A program made the position numbers and the translations under genes. Positions 26,568 to 35,108 of a stretch of DNA of 64,000 nt are shown in pieces. The notes under the pieces are model-generated. The model ran no database searches. It saw nothing but the letters and a program-made list of their open reading frames with translations, and had not been told where the DNA came from. Source of the stretch: Candidatus Micrarchaeota archaeon (GTDB lineage Archaea; Micrarchaeota; Micrarchaeia; Burarchaeales; JACRGF01); NCBI GenBank assembly GCA_016212395.1, contig JACRGF010000007.1, positions 1,910 to 65,909 of the forward strand. Direction: 5' to 3'. The first letter of the stretch is position 1; the number at the start of each line of letters is the position of its first letter.

Positions 26568-29492
26568 ATGAAAAAAGTTTTTTTGCGGAATGCGTGTTTA
26601 CTGCCTGTTTTTTTGTTGGCGTTAGCGTCTGTTGCCTTCGCGCAAGTGGGCCAGTGTTTTGACAACGACGAGGCGAACAGTGTTTATGTTAAAGGCGAGC
26701 TGGCGCTCTCAAGTTCTTTTGCAATAGACTACTACACGGACGCGTGCGTGAATGTTGGTTCAGTGCGCGAGTATTTTTGTTCAGGCTATACTTTTGAAAC
26801 TGTGGACAAGCCGTGCCCGTCTGGCTATTCTTGCTCGAGTGGCGCGTGCGTGAGCAGTGGAACGTCGTCCGGCTCGTCCAGTGCTTCTGCTTCATGCATT
26901 GATTCTGACTCTGGCCAGGACGTGAGCGTTAAAGGAATCACTGTTGGTTCTGGAAGCGCTTCTTCCGACTCGTGCATTGACGCTTCCTCTTTAACTGAAT
27001 ACTTTTGCATGGCTGTTGGTTCTACTTCTGTAAAAACAAGCATTACAAAAACGTGCCCTGCTGGCTCTGCGTGCTCTGACGGCGCGTGCGTTGAAACGTG
27101 CACTGATTCTGACGGGGGTACTGACATTGCAGTGAAAGGCACTACTATAACGGGAAGTGATTCTTCAACTGACTCTTGCGTTTCAGGTAAAGTGCGCGAG
27201 TATTACTGCGACATGCGAGCGTCGAGCGCTGGCGCGAAGCGTTCCGTTGACCGTTCGTGTTCTTCAGGGCAAGAGTGCAAAGACGGTGCGTGCGTTGCAG
27301 TGGAAACTGCCCCGGCTGCGCCAACGTGCAGGGATAGTGACAATGGTGAAGACATTTACACTTTCGGGACTGCGACGCGTTATTCTGCTGACGGGAGCGT
27401 GCTTGCTTCAGTGAGCGACCGTTGTTATTCTTCTGAAAAACTTTTTGAAGAAACGTGCCTTTCTGACGGCGCGTTGAACAGCGTTGACAAAACGTGCCCG
27501 TCCGGCTACGTGTGTGATGGAGGCGCTTGCATTGCGAGGGCGCAGTCAACAACTTGCCTTGAAACTGACGGTGGCGTGCAGGCTTACGTTAAGGGAAGCG
27601 TGACGCTTGGAAGCGAGGTGAAAACTGACTATTGCCCTGATGCTTCTACTATAATCGAGTACTACTGCACTTCAGTTGAAAACGGAAGAATAGAGTCCCG
27701 TCAGTATCCTGTTCCTTCAGGCTACTCGTGTGTTGACGGCGCATTTTCGCAGCAGTCTGGTTCTTCTGGCGGGACTGGCACTGAAACTCCTGCTGCTTCA
27801 ACTTCAACATGCAAAGACTCCGACAATGGAATAAACGTTTATACGCCTGGGCGAGTGGAAGCAAGCCTGTCCGTCGCGCGCGATTCGTGCGTCACTTCAA
27901 CAACTGTGAAAGAATATTATTGCAGGGACGGAAAACTCGATTCAATAGACTCGGAGTGCCCGAGCGGTTATTCGTGTGATGGTGGCGCTTGTGTTTCTTT
28001 AGGCACTTCAACACAGTCATCGTGCGTTGATTCTGAAAACGGAATTGACATCTACTCTTTCGGGACTGCCCGCGACGCTGCAACTACCGCCAGCGATTCG
28101 TGTGATGGGGAATTCACTGTGAGAGATTATTATTGTTATCAAGGGCAGATTGGTTTTGTAGTGCAAGATTGTCCTAGTGGTTATTCGTGCTCAAGTGGCG
28201 CGTGCGTTGCCCCGTCTTCAGGTTCTTCAAGCACTCCAACTGCAGAAACAGTTGCTTGCCGTGACTCTGATTCAGGCACGGACATTTACGTTGCTGGAAA
28301 GGTTTCTTACAAGAACGAAGTTTTTGCTGACGAGTGCGTTGACTCGAGCTTGCTGCGTGAATACTACTGTGATTCGCGGATGGTGAATCGAGGAGGTAGC
28401 GCTGTAATGAGGCGCGTTGATCGAAACTGTCCCGACGATTTCGTTTGCAGGGATGGCGCGTGCGTCAAGTTCGCCGAGCAAAAACCGAAGAGTGATTGCA
28501 GGGAGACTGACGGCGGTGACGACGTTTCAAAGAAAGGCACAAGTTGGTCGAGCAGCGAAAAAGGCGAGGATTATTGCTTGGGCGACGATTCGCTCATTGA
28601 ATACTTCTGCGCCAAGAGCGACTCCGGCGTTGCGGTGAGGAAGGACAAGCGCGGTTGCGAACGCGGTTTTGTTTGCAGGGATGGCGCGTGCGTTTCGCCT
28701 TCTGCTTCAGGAGAGCGTTCCTGCAAGGACAGTGACGGCGGTTACGTTAAAGAATTGAAGGGAGAAACCATCGTATACAATTCCGACCAAACTATTGTGG
28801 AGCGCAAGGAAGACTATTGTTATTCCGAAAGCCAAGTAGTCGAATACTTCTGTGAGAAAGATTCAGTAAAGGCAAAGCACGAGGCGTGCTTAGACGGTTA
28901 TTCGTGTGTTGACGGCGCGTGCGTTTCTTCTTCAACCACTCCACAATCTGCAACTGGTTCAACTGCAACGCCTGCCCCAACTCCATCAACCTCGACAGCA
29001 ACAACTGCAACAGTGCCTCCTATTGCCGCCACTCTTTTCACTGCCCGCTTGGCTGCTGGCTGGAACATGTTCAGCGTTCCGTTCGACAGCGTGAGCGTTG
29101 ACTCTGACTGCGAAAACTTTGCTGCAGAGCGAGCGTGGACTTACGATGCAGTGCAAAAGAATTACGTTCGGCCTTCTTCGTTCGAGCCAGGGCAAGGCTA
29201 CTGGTTCAAGGCAACAAGCGCGTGTTCAGTGAAAATTGCTGGAAGGAAAACTTTTGAAATGAGTGGCAAAAAGCTTCGCGCTGGCTGGAACCAGATTGGC
29301 TCGCAGTCCCGCAACATTAACATCAGGGAGTTGATGGGCGACTGCGTGTTGTTGAAAGGCCCGTGGCAGTGGAATGAAGAGTCCCAAAAATGGCAGAAAG
29401 CTGCCGAGATGCAGCCTGGCGAAGCGTACTTCGTGAAAGTCGAAAGCGAGTGCACGCTCGGAGGGAGCGAGATTCCTCCGCTTCCCGAATAA
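26568..29492 (+). CDS. Secreted surface protein with ten ~70-80-aa six-Cys repeats, a Thr/Pro/Ser linker and a C-terminal beta-rich domain
   Basis: Signal peptide MKKVFLRNACLLPVFLLALASVAFAQ. Repeat consensus: C-x-DSD-x-G-x-D...KG...D-x-C...EY(Y/F)C...CPSGYxCxxGACV, ten copies. The tail contains LAAGWNMFSVPF...GQGYWFKA...LRAGWNQIGS. Confidence 0.75.
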   Translation: MKKVFLRNACLLPVFLLALASVAFAQVGQCFDNDEANSVYVKGELALSSSFAIDYYTDACVNVGSVREYFCSGYTFETVDKPCPSGYSCSSGACVSSGTSSGSSSASASCIDSDSGQDVSVKGITVGSGSASSDSCIDASSLTEYFCMAVGSTSVKTSITKTCPAGSACSDGACVETCTDSDGGTDIAVKGTTITGSDSSTDSCVSGKVREYYCDMRASSAGAKRSVDRSCSSGQECKDGACVAVETAPAAPTCRDSDNGEDIYTFGTATRYSADGSVLASVSDRCYSSEKLFEETCLSDGALNSVDKTCPSGYVCDGGACIARAQSTTCLETDGGVQAYVKGSVTLGSEVKTDYCPDASTIIEYYCTSVENGRIESRQYPVPSGYSCVDGAFSQQSGSSGGTGTETPAASTSTCKDSDNGINVYTPGRVEASLSVARDSCVTSTTVKEYYCRDGKLDSIDSECPSGYSCDGGACVSLGTSTQSSCVDSENGIDIYSFGTARDAATTASDSCDGEFTVRDYYCYQGQIGFVVQDCPSGYSCSSGACVAPSSGSSSTPTAETVACRDSDSGTDIYVAGKVSYKNEVFADECVDSSLLREYYCDSRMVNRGGSAVMRRVDRNCPDDFVCRDGACVKFAEQKPKSDCRETDGGDDVSKKGTSWSSSEKGEDYCLGDDSLIEYFCAKSDSGVAVRKDKRGCERGFVCRDGACVSPSASGERSCKDSDGGYVKELKGETIVYNSDQTIVERKEDYCYSESQVVEYFCEKDSVKAKHEACLDGYSCVDGACVSSSTTPQSATGSTATPAPTPSTSTATTATVPPIAATLFTARLAAGWNMFSVPFDSVSVDSDCENFAAERAWTYDAVQKNYVRPSSFEPGQGYWFKATSACSVKIAGRKTFEMSGKKLRAGWNQIGSQSRNINIRELMGDCVLLKGPWQWNEESQKWQKAAEMQPGEAYFVKVESECTLGGSEIPPLPE

Positions 29493-29550
29493 GCAAAACG
29501 TGATTTGGCGTGAACAAAAATCTTTGCTTGCAGCCAAAAGGTGAATTAAC

Positions 29551-29832
29551 ATGGATAAAAAAATTTGCTTGCTCGTTGCTTTGGCAGTGTTTTCGCTTTT
29601 GTTTTCAGGCTGCGCCAGGCAGTTTGACACTGCACTGAAGAACGCGAACGAAACGCCGTCGCTCGGTCCGCTCGACTTTTTCAAAACAAGCACTTCCCAG
29701 CCTCTGGCTAGCCTTGAATCAGACAGGCCTCCCCCTCCTCCTGAAGACGAAGAAATTGATGAGGCAACGCAAAATAAAGAAGTTCCGCCGCTTCCTGAAG
29801 ACGATGAAATCCCGCCTTTGCCAAGCGAATGA
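29551..29832 (+). CDS. Small lipoprotein-like protein with an acidic Pro-rich tail
   Basis: Sequence MDKKICLLVALAVFSLLFSGC (lipobox-like), then PPPPPEDEEIDE...PPLPEDDEIPPLPSE. Confidence 0.5.
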   Translation: MDKKICLLVALAVFSLLFSGCARQFDTALKNANETPSLGPLDFFKTSTSQPLASLESDRPPPPPEDEEIDEATQNKEVPPLPEDDEIPPLPSE

Positions 29833-29839
29833 TTTTTTT

Positions 29840-30814
29840 TCACTTCGTCAATATTATTGCCCCGCCTTTTTCCACTATCACTGTTTTCTCTGCTTGCGCG
29901 ACTAATCCTTTCTCCACTTCCTTTAGCACTGGGTACGGGTGGAAGCATCCTGCGCTCACGAGTTCTTTCAATGCCGCCTGCACTAATAGTTTCGACTTGA
30001 ATTCTTTGTAGAGCCATCGTTCAGCAAAAGGAAGAGTGTGAAAGTTTTCCGCAACGTACTCTATCAACTGCCTGCTTTGCTTCATTCGCACAGGCACTAC
30101 TCCAAATAGGGAAAATATTTCTACTATGCTTCCCTCTCCTATTCTTCCCCTGCCATTAGTAGCAAACGGCTCGATTGCAAGCACGTCTCCTTCCTGGAGT
30201 TCTGTTCCGCTTGTTGTTGCAATGTTCGGAATTTCCAATCCAGCATGCAACACGTAAGGAGCAAGAGAATGCCCAGTCAGGTTTTCTATTGGCTTGAACC
30301 CTCGTGAAGTTATTTCCTTTTGCACTGCAGCGCCGACTTCATTCGTTTTCACTCCTGCTTTCACTGTTGCAATTGCTGCTTCCAACCCTGCTTCTGCTGC
30401 TTCCACCAGCTTTCCATTCTCGTCGCTAAAATCCAGCGTGAATGCAGTGTCTCCAATGCAACCGTCAACGTGCGCGCCCAAATCTATTTTCACAACGTCC
30501 TTCTCCCCAATAAGCAAAACGTCGTCTCTCTCTGGAGTATAGTGCGCTGCTGCTTCGTTCAAGCTCACGTTCACTGGAAAAGCGTTTTTCGCGCCAGCGT
30601 CCTCAATCATTTTCTCAATAGTTTCAGCGATTTCCAGGACGCTCTCGCCCGGGCGCACGAGCTTGCGCGCTTCTCTCGAAGCTTCAAAAGCAATCTTTCC
30701 CGCTTTCTCGTAATTCTTTAATTGCTCTTCGAAGCTCTGCTCGCCTTCCTCCTGCTCGCCTGCTTCTTCAACTCGTTTTCCTTCCTCGCCTTTTTCCTCA
30801 ATAGCATTAACCAC
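29840..30814 (-). CDS. map: Methionine aminopeptidase, type 2
   Basis: Sequence AAHYTP...DLGAHVDGCIGDTA...HSLAPY...EPF, with an acidic N-terminal extension. Confidence 0.9.
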   Translation of the reverse strand: MVNAIEEKGEEGKRVEEAGEQEEGEQSFEEQLKNYEKAGKIAFEASREARKLVRPGESVLEIAETIEKMIEDAGAKNAFPVNVSLNEAAAHYTPERDDVLLIGEKDVVKIDLGAHVDGCIGDTAFTLDFSDENGKLVEAAEAGLEAAIATVKAGVKTNEVGAAVQKEITSRGFKPIENLTGHSLAPYVLHAGLEIPNIATTSGTELQEGDVLAIEPFATNGRGRIGEGSIVEIFSLFGVVPVRMKQSRQLIEYVAENFHTLPFAERWLYKEFKSKLLVQAALKELVSAGCFHPYPVLKEVEKGLVAQAEKTVIVEKGGAIILTK

Positions 30815-30933
30815 TCAACACCATCTCCACACGAATAAAAACTAGGGGTTGAAAACAATATATTCCTTCTCATTTCCAGTTCAGAGTCTTCTGTCCGGAG
30901 TCTCGGGCTCGTTTGAAAACAGCATGTCCACTT

Positions 30934-31857
30934 TCATTCATGCGGATTCTGTTTCCATTTTTCAAACAGCATGAGCGTGAACGAGTCGCCTGCGCACAAG
31001 TGCGTTTTCTTTTTCACTAGCTTGAACGGCTTGAACAACTCTTCATACTCTTCAGCAGTTCGCAGTATGGAATAGCGCGAGATTGGAAACGCTTCTCCTT
31101 CGAACGTGTGCTCGCAAATGAAAATCCTGTTGCTCAACTCCTGCATTCTCGCGATAGTCGCGCGCAGTTCTTCAGGGTCCAGAATGTGAAGCAGCACTAT
31201 GGACTCGAACACCAAGTCAAAAGATTTTGCAGGCAAGCGCAAGTCAAATATTTTTCCCAAGTAGAGGCGAACATTCGTTGGCATGTACCCTCTACCTCCG
31301 AATGCTACTGCTCTCGCGCGCAGTTTATTTTCAACATCGTTTTTCGCGTTGAGCACGAGCGGGTTGAATTTGCGCAGGTTTTCAGCAGCGCGTGCGAGCA
31401 TTTCACTAGAAAAATCACAGCCAGCAACTTTCCTCGCGCGTTTTGCCAATTCCACAGTCATTCTCCCAATTCCTACCCCAAGTTCGAATACTTTTTTTCC
31501 TTCAATCTGCCCGCGCAAGAAATCAAAAACATCCACCTGCAGTTTTCGAGTCGCTTCCTCATTTTCTTCAGGAGTGTGGCGTGCTGACATTACGCTTTGC
31601 ACTCCCGCGCGTTGGGCGCGGGCATTCCAATGCTCTAAAACTTCGCTTGCCGGAATTCGTTCTTTCTCCTCTCTCTCCGCCGGCTCATATGTTCTCTTTT
31701 CAGCATTGCTAGTTGCAAAAGATTGAACTGCTGGAGTTGCACCTGAACTTTTATTTCGGATTGCAGTTATCCCCCCGTCAAGCAGTTTCCTCTCGAACAC
31801 TCGCGTTCCCCTTTGCGTTGCGCCCTCTACATTTCCCTGCGCTATTCTTGTTTTCAT
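30934..31857 (-). CDS. Class I SAM-dependent methyltransferase
   Basis: Motif I VFELGVGIGRMTVELAKRARKVAGCDFS, with an N-terminal extension of about 100 aa. Confidence 0.7.
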   Translation of the reverse strand: MKTRIAQGNVEGATQRGTRVFERKLLDGGITAIRNKSSGATPAVQSFATSNAEKRTYEPAEREEKERIPASEVLEHWNARAQRAGVQSVMSARHTPEENEEATRKLQVDVFDFLRGQIEGKKVFELGVGIGRMTVELAKRARKVAGCDFSSEMLARAAENLRKFNPLVLNAKNDVENKLRARAVAFGGRGYMPTNVRLYLGKIFDLRLPAKSFDLVFESIVLLHILDPEELRATIARMQELSNRIFICEHTFEGEAFPISRYSILRTAEEYEELFKPFKLVKKKTHLCAGDSFTLMLFEKWKQNPHE

Positions 31858-31953
31858 GTAATACGTTGGCGTGAAAGTTGAATAAAAAGGGTGAACGCTT
31901 GTTTTTGCGTGAAAACAGGAGAATTTAATTAATTATTTCGTTAATATCTCTTT

Positions 31954-32943
31954 ATGGCATTAAATAACCCATTAAAACTTGATTCTATTGACAGGAAAAT
32001 TTTGCTCGAGCTTGAGACGAACGCGCGCCAGAGCAATGCTGCTATTGCCCGGAAGGCGAAGGTTTCTGAAGAGTCTGTGAAGTATCGAATCAGCAGGCTC
32101 GTCAAGAGCGGAGTCATCACGAAATTTTTCGTAACTCCCAACTTCAATCGGCTTGGGCTTACTACTTTCCGGCTTTACCTGCAGTTTCAGCACACGACTC
32201 CTGAAGACGAGCAGGAAGTTATCGATTACATTTGCAATGAAATGCCGTGCCAGTGGCTCGGCGTGTGCGACGGGCGCTGGGACGTCATCGCGCGAATAAA
32301 TGCCAAAGACCACTTCGAGTTCAACAACTTGCTGAAAGAATTTTTCGAGAAGTATGGAGATTTTGTGCGCCAGCAGAATGTTGCCGTTCAACTGATGCAC
32401 ACGTGGTGGCCGTCTATTTATTCACTCGCGAAAGAGTCCAAGAAAAAGCGCAGTATTCACGTTATTCCCAAACAGCCTGAAACTGTAAAATTCGATGATG
32501 TTGACTTGAGGATTTTGAGCATTCTGGTTGAAAACTCCCGCGCGCCGAGCGTTGAAATAGCAAAAAAGATAGGCAAAACTCCTGACATTGTCGCCTACCG
32601 CATTAAAAAACTCGTGAAAGACAGTGTTATTACTGCCTTCAAATCCTACCTCAACCGCGATTTGCTGGGCTACCAGCACAACCACGTGTTCCTGCGCTTT
32701 TATCAGCAGCCTGAAAAAATCACGCAGTTGTTCCAGTTTCTCTCTTCTTTCGAGAGCGTGTTCTTCATTTCAAGCGTTGTCGGCGCGTGGGACGCGGAAA
32801 TAGGGATAGACGCGAAAAACAGCGTCGAATACCACGAGTTGTTCGGTGAAATAAAAAAACAATTCGGCGACGCCATCCGGGACTACGAGTCGCTCATCGT
32901 CTATAAAGAATACGCGCCTAACCCGTTCAAAAAAATGCTTTAA
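31954..32943 (+). CDS. Lrp/AsnC-family regulator, tandem duplicated (two HTH + RAM units)
   Basis: Contains LDSIDRKILLELETNARQSNAAIARKAKVSEESVKYRISRL and DVDLRILSILVENSRAPSVEIAKKIGKTPDIVAYRIKKL. Confidence 0.8.
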   Translation: MALNNPLKLDSIDRKILLELETNARQSNAAIARKAKVSEESVKYRISRLVKSGVITKFFVTPNFNRLGLTTFRLYLQFQHTTPEDEQEVIDYICNEMPCQWLGVCDGRWDVIARINAKDHFEFNNLLKEFFEKYGDFVRQQNVAVQLMHTWWPSIYSLAKESKKKRSIHVIPKQPETVKFDDVDLRILSILVENSRAPSVEIAKKIGKTPDIVAYRIKKLVKDSVITAFKSYLNRDLLGYQHNHVFLRFYQQPEKITQLFQFLSSFESVFFISSVVGAWDAEIGIDAKNSVEYHELFGEIKKQFGDAIRDYESLIVYKEYAPNPFKKML

Positions 32944-32948
32944 ATTTT

Positions 32949-33629
32949 TCACACGAGCTTGCTCAAGACGCGAGTTAGTTCGCTCATTTTCCTTATTTTA
33001 TAATCTGCTTCGGGCCCTGTCGTTTTCGCGAACGCTCCAGCAACAATGCGCACTGTGTGCATGCCTGCTTCCCTCGCAGGCACAATATCCTTGTCTTTTC
33101 TGTCTCCCACCATTACGAGCTCGCTTGGCTTGAGCTTCAGCTTGCGTGCGATGCGCGAGTAAAACTTTTTGCTTTTCATGCACTCCAAGTCTTCGCTCAC
33201 GAACACGTCGTCAAAAAAATGCGCCAGTCCCAAGCGTATCAGCTTGTCCCATTGCTTGAGCGTCCTGCCTTCAGACGCAACGTACAATTCGTATCCCGCG
33301 TCGCGTAGGCGCACTAGAGTTTCAGGCACTTCAGGGAACGGCTGGATGGAGTGCTTTGCGTTGTGGTAAGCAGCAACTCCTGCAGCAATAATTCTTGCTT
33401 TCAGCCTTTTCTCTACTTTCAGCTCGTGCACGAGCACGTTCAAGTGCCCGGGGTAATTCGAGCCGTGCTTTTCAACTATTTTTTGAAGCAACGCGAAAAT
33501 TTTTTTCGTGTCCTGCTTCAAGCCCATGCGCTTCATCGCGTGAACAGCTTGCATTCTCGCCAATTCAGAAAACTCGCTGCTCGCAAACAACGTGTCATCA
33601 ATATCCAGCAACACTGCCTTAATTCCCAT
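32949..33629 (-). CDS. HAD-superfamily hydrolase
   Basis: Sequence MGIKAVLLDIDDTLF (DxDxT) ... MVGDRKDKDI. Confidence 0.8.
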   Translation of the reverse strand: MGIKAVLLDIDDTLFASSEFSELARMQAVHAMKRMGLKQDTKKIFALLQKIVEKHGSNYPGHLNVLVHELKVEKRLKARIIAAGVAAYHNAKHSIQPFPEVPETLVRLRDAGYELYVASEGRTLKQWDKLIRLGLAHFFDDVFVSEDLECMKSKKFYSRIARKLKLKPSELVMVGDRKDKDIVPAREAGMHTVRIVAGAFAKTTGPEADYKIRKMSELTRVLSKLV

Positions 33630-33901
33630 ACGCGCACCTTCAAGCAAAACTTAAACGTTTCGAATCGTTTTGACTTGTTTTGCAGTAGTTTCGACCACTT
33701 GAAGCAATTCAAAACTGCATAAGCAATACAGCTGCAAAACAACTTAAACAACAATTCACACAAGCAATCAAAACTTCTCGAAACAAACCAAAGCAATTCC
33801 TGCAAATCATACACGCAAAACAATCCAGCAATGCTATAGCAAATTCTCTCGAACAAACTATAAAACTGTATCTTTTAAATAGCCTGATGCATACTCCTCG
33901 C

Positions 33902-34489
33902 ATGCAAGCAATGCGTGGGATAGAAGGCAGGCAAAGTCCTGTGCAGGCACAAGCAACAAGTCCACCTCGTTTTAAGCATTCTGCGAGCATAGCTGGCGCT
34001 TGCTTCAAGTCTTTAATGCAGCACGCGCGGCAGCACGCGAGCATGCCTAAGTCTGCAAGAAAAAACAGGGGTGTTGAGGCTGGAACTACTTATGCGCTAA
34101 CAATGCTCCCATCCATGTCTTACTTGCTTGTGCGTAGTTGGCAGCTTGCAGTTAACAGAGTGAATATTTTTACTTTTTTCGACTCAGGCGTGTTTATTGG
34201 TGCAAGCGCATGCTCACTCGCATTAACCGGCGCAGAAGAATTGAGAACCAGAATCAGGCAAGCAGAGTCATTTGCTTCAAGCACTTTTCGCACGCTCGCT
34301 ACTGCAGCAATAGGCGGTGCTGCCAGCATTCTCAGTTTAACTATTCTGAAGAACCCTGCTAACGACTTTGAAATCGACCGTTTTATACTCAGCACAAGCG
34401 TTGGCGCGTTCGTGATTGCCATTATCGCTACTTTCGCTGAAGCGTTCAGAGGCGTAAAAAAGAAGATAACTGGAACCGTTACACAGTAA
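33902..34489 (+). CDS. Hypothetical membrane protein
   Basis: About 3 hydrophobic helices in the C-terminal half. The TATA box ttttaaatag (33873-33882) sits about 24 nt upstream of the ATG at 33902. Confidence 0.4.
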   Translation: MQAMRGIEGRQSPVQAQATSPPRFKHSASIAGACFKSLMQHARQHASMPKSARKNRGVEAGTTYALTMLPSMSYLLVRSWQLAVNRVNIFTFFDSGVFIGASACSLALTGAEELRTRIRQAESFASSTFRTLATAAIGGAASILSLTILKNPANDFEIDRFILSTSVGAFVIAIIATFAEAFRGVKKKITGTVTQ

Positions 34490-34496
34490 ATTTTTT

Positions 34497-34528
34497 CTAC
34501 CATCCGCCGAATGTTGCTTGTTTTCTCC
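34497..34528. repeat. Direct repeat, left copy, flanking the TA cassette (relic copy of the polB 3' end)
   Basis: ctaccatccgccgaATgttgcttgttttcTcc here versus ctaccatccgccgaGCgttgcttgttttcCca at 35109-35140. Its reverse complement encodes EKQATFGGW*, compared with the polB end GKQATLGGW*. Confidence 0.8.
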
Positions 34529-34601
34529 TGGCAGAATTCACGAGGCTAAAGATGCAAACGCTTATTAACTTGTTATTAACAATTATTAACAAGGTGTTAA
34601 T

Positions 34602-34838
34602 ATGGTGTATGCAGTGATTGATATTTCCGAGCATGCGAACAGGCTTTTGAACATCGTGAAAGCCAAGCATGGCTTGTCTAACAAGTCTGAAGCAATAGAC
34701 TTGGTGATGAACGTTTACGAGGAGGAGGTTCTCGAGCCTGAGCTTCGGCCTGAGTACGTGAAAAAACTCGCGCGCGCGGGAAAAGAGAAGAGCGTTAAAG
34801 TAAAGAATTTCGCGAAAGAGTTCAAGCTAGAGGGATAA
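34602..34838 (+). CDS. Antitoxin of a RelE-type TA pair (archaeal small antitoxin)
   Basis: 78-aa ORF immediately upstream of the RelE-like gene (1-nt gap). The direct repeat ttattaaca-a-ttattaaca lies in its promoter region at about 34572-34590. Confidence 0.6.
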   Translation: MVYAVIDISEHANRLLNIVKAKHGLSNKSEAIDLVMNVYEEEVLEPELRPEYVKKLARAGKEKSVKVKNFAKEFKLEG

Positions 34839-34839
34839 C

Positions 34840-35106
34840 GTGTATTCATTAGAGCTCAAGCAAGGCGTTTACGTAACGTTCAAGAAACTCGAAAAGAAGG
34901 GCAAGAAGAAACTTGAGATAATCAATAACAAGATTCAAGAGATTCTCGAAAATCCAAAACGCTTCAAGCCATTGCGCGCGCCAATGCAGAACCTGCGCAG
35001 GGTGCACATCGACAAATCTTTCGTGCTTGTCTATGAAATAAACGAGCAGGCAAAAACAGTAGTTGTTTTAGACTACGACCACCATGACAACGTCTATAAG
35101 CACTAA
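34840..35106 (+). CDS. RelE/ParE-family toxin
   Basis: 88-aa ORF with a GTG start: KPLRAPMQNLRRVHIDKSFVLVYEINEQAKTVVVLDYDHHDNVYK. Confidence 0.75.
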   Translation: MYSLELKQGVYVTFKKLEKKGKKKLEIINNKIQEILENPKRFKPLRAPMQNLRRVHIDKSFVLVYEINEQAKTVVVLDYDHHDNVYKH

Positions 35107-35108
35107 GC

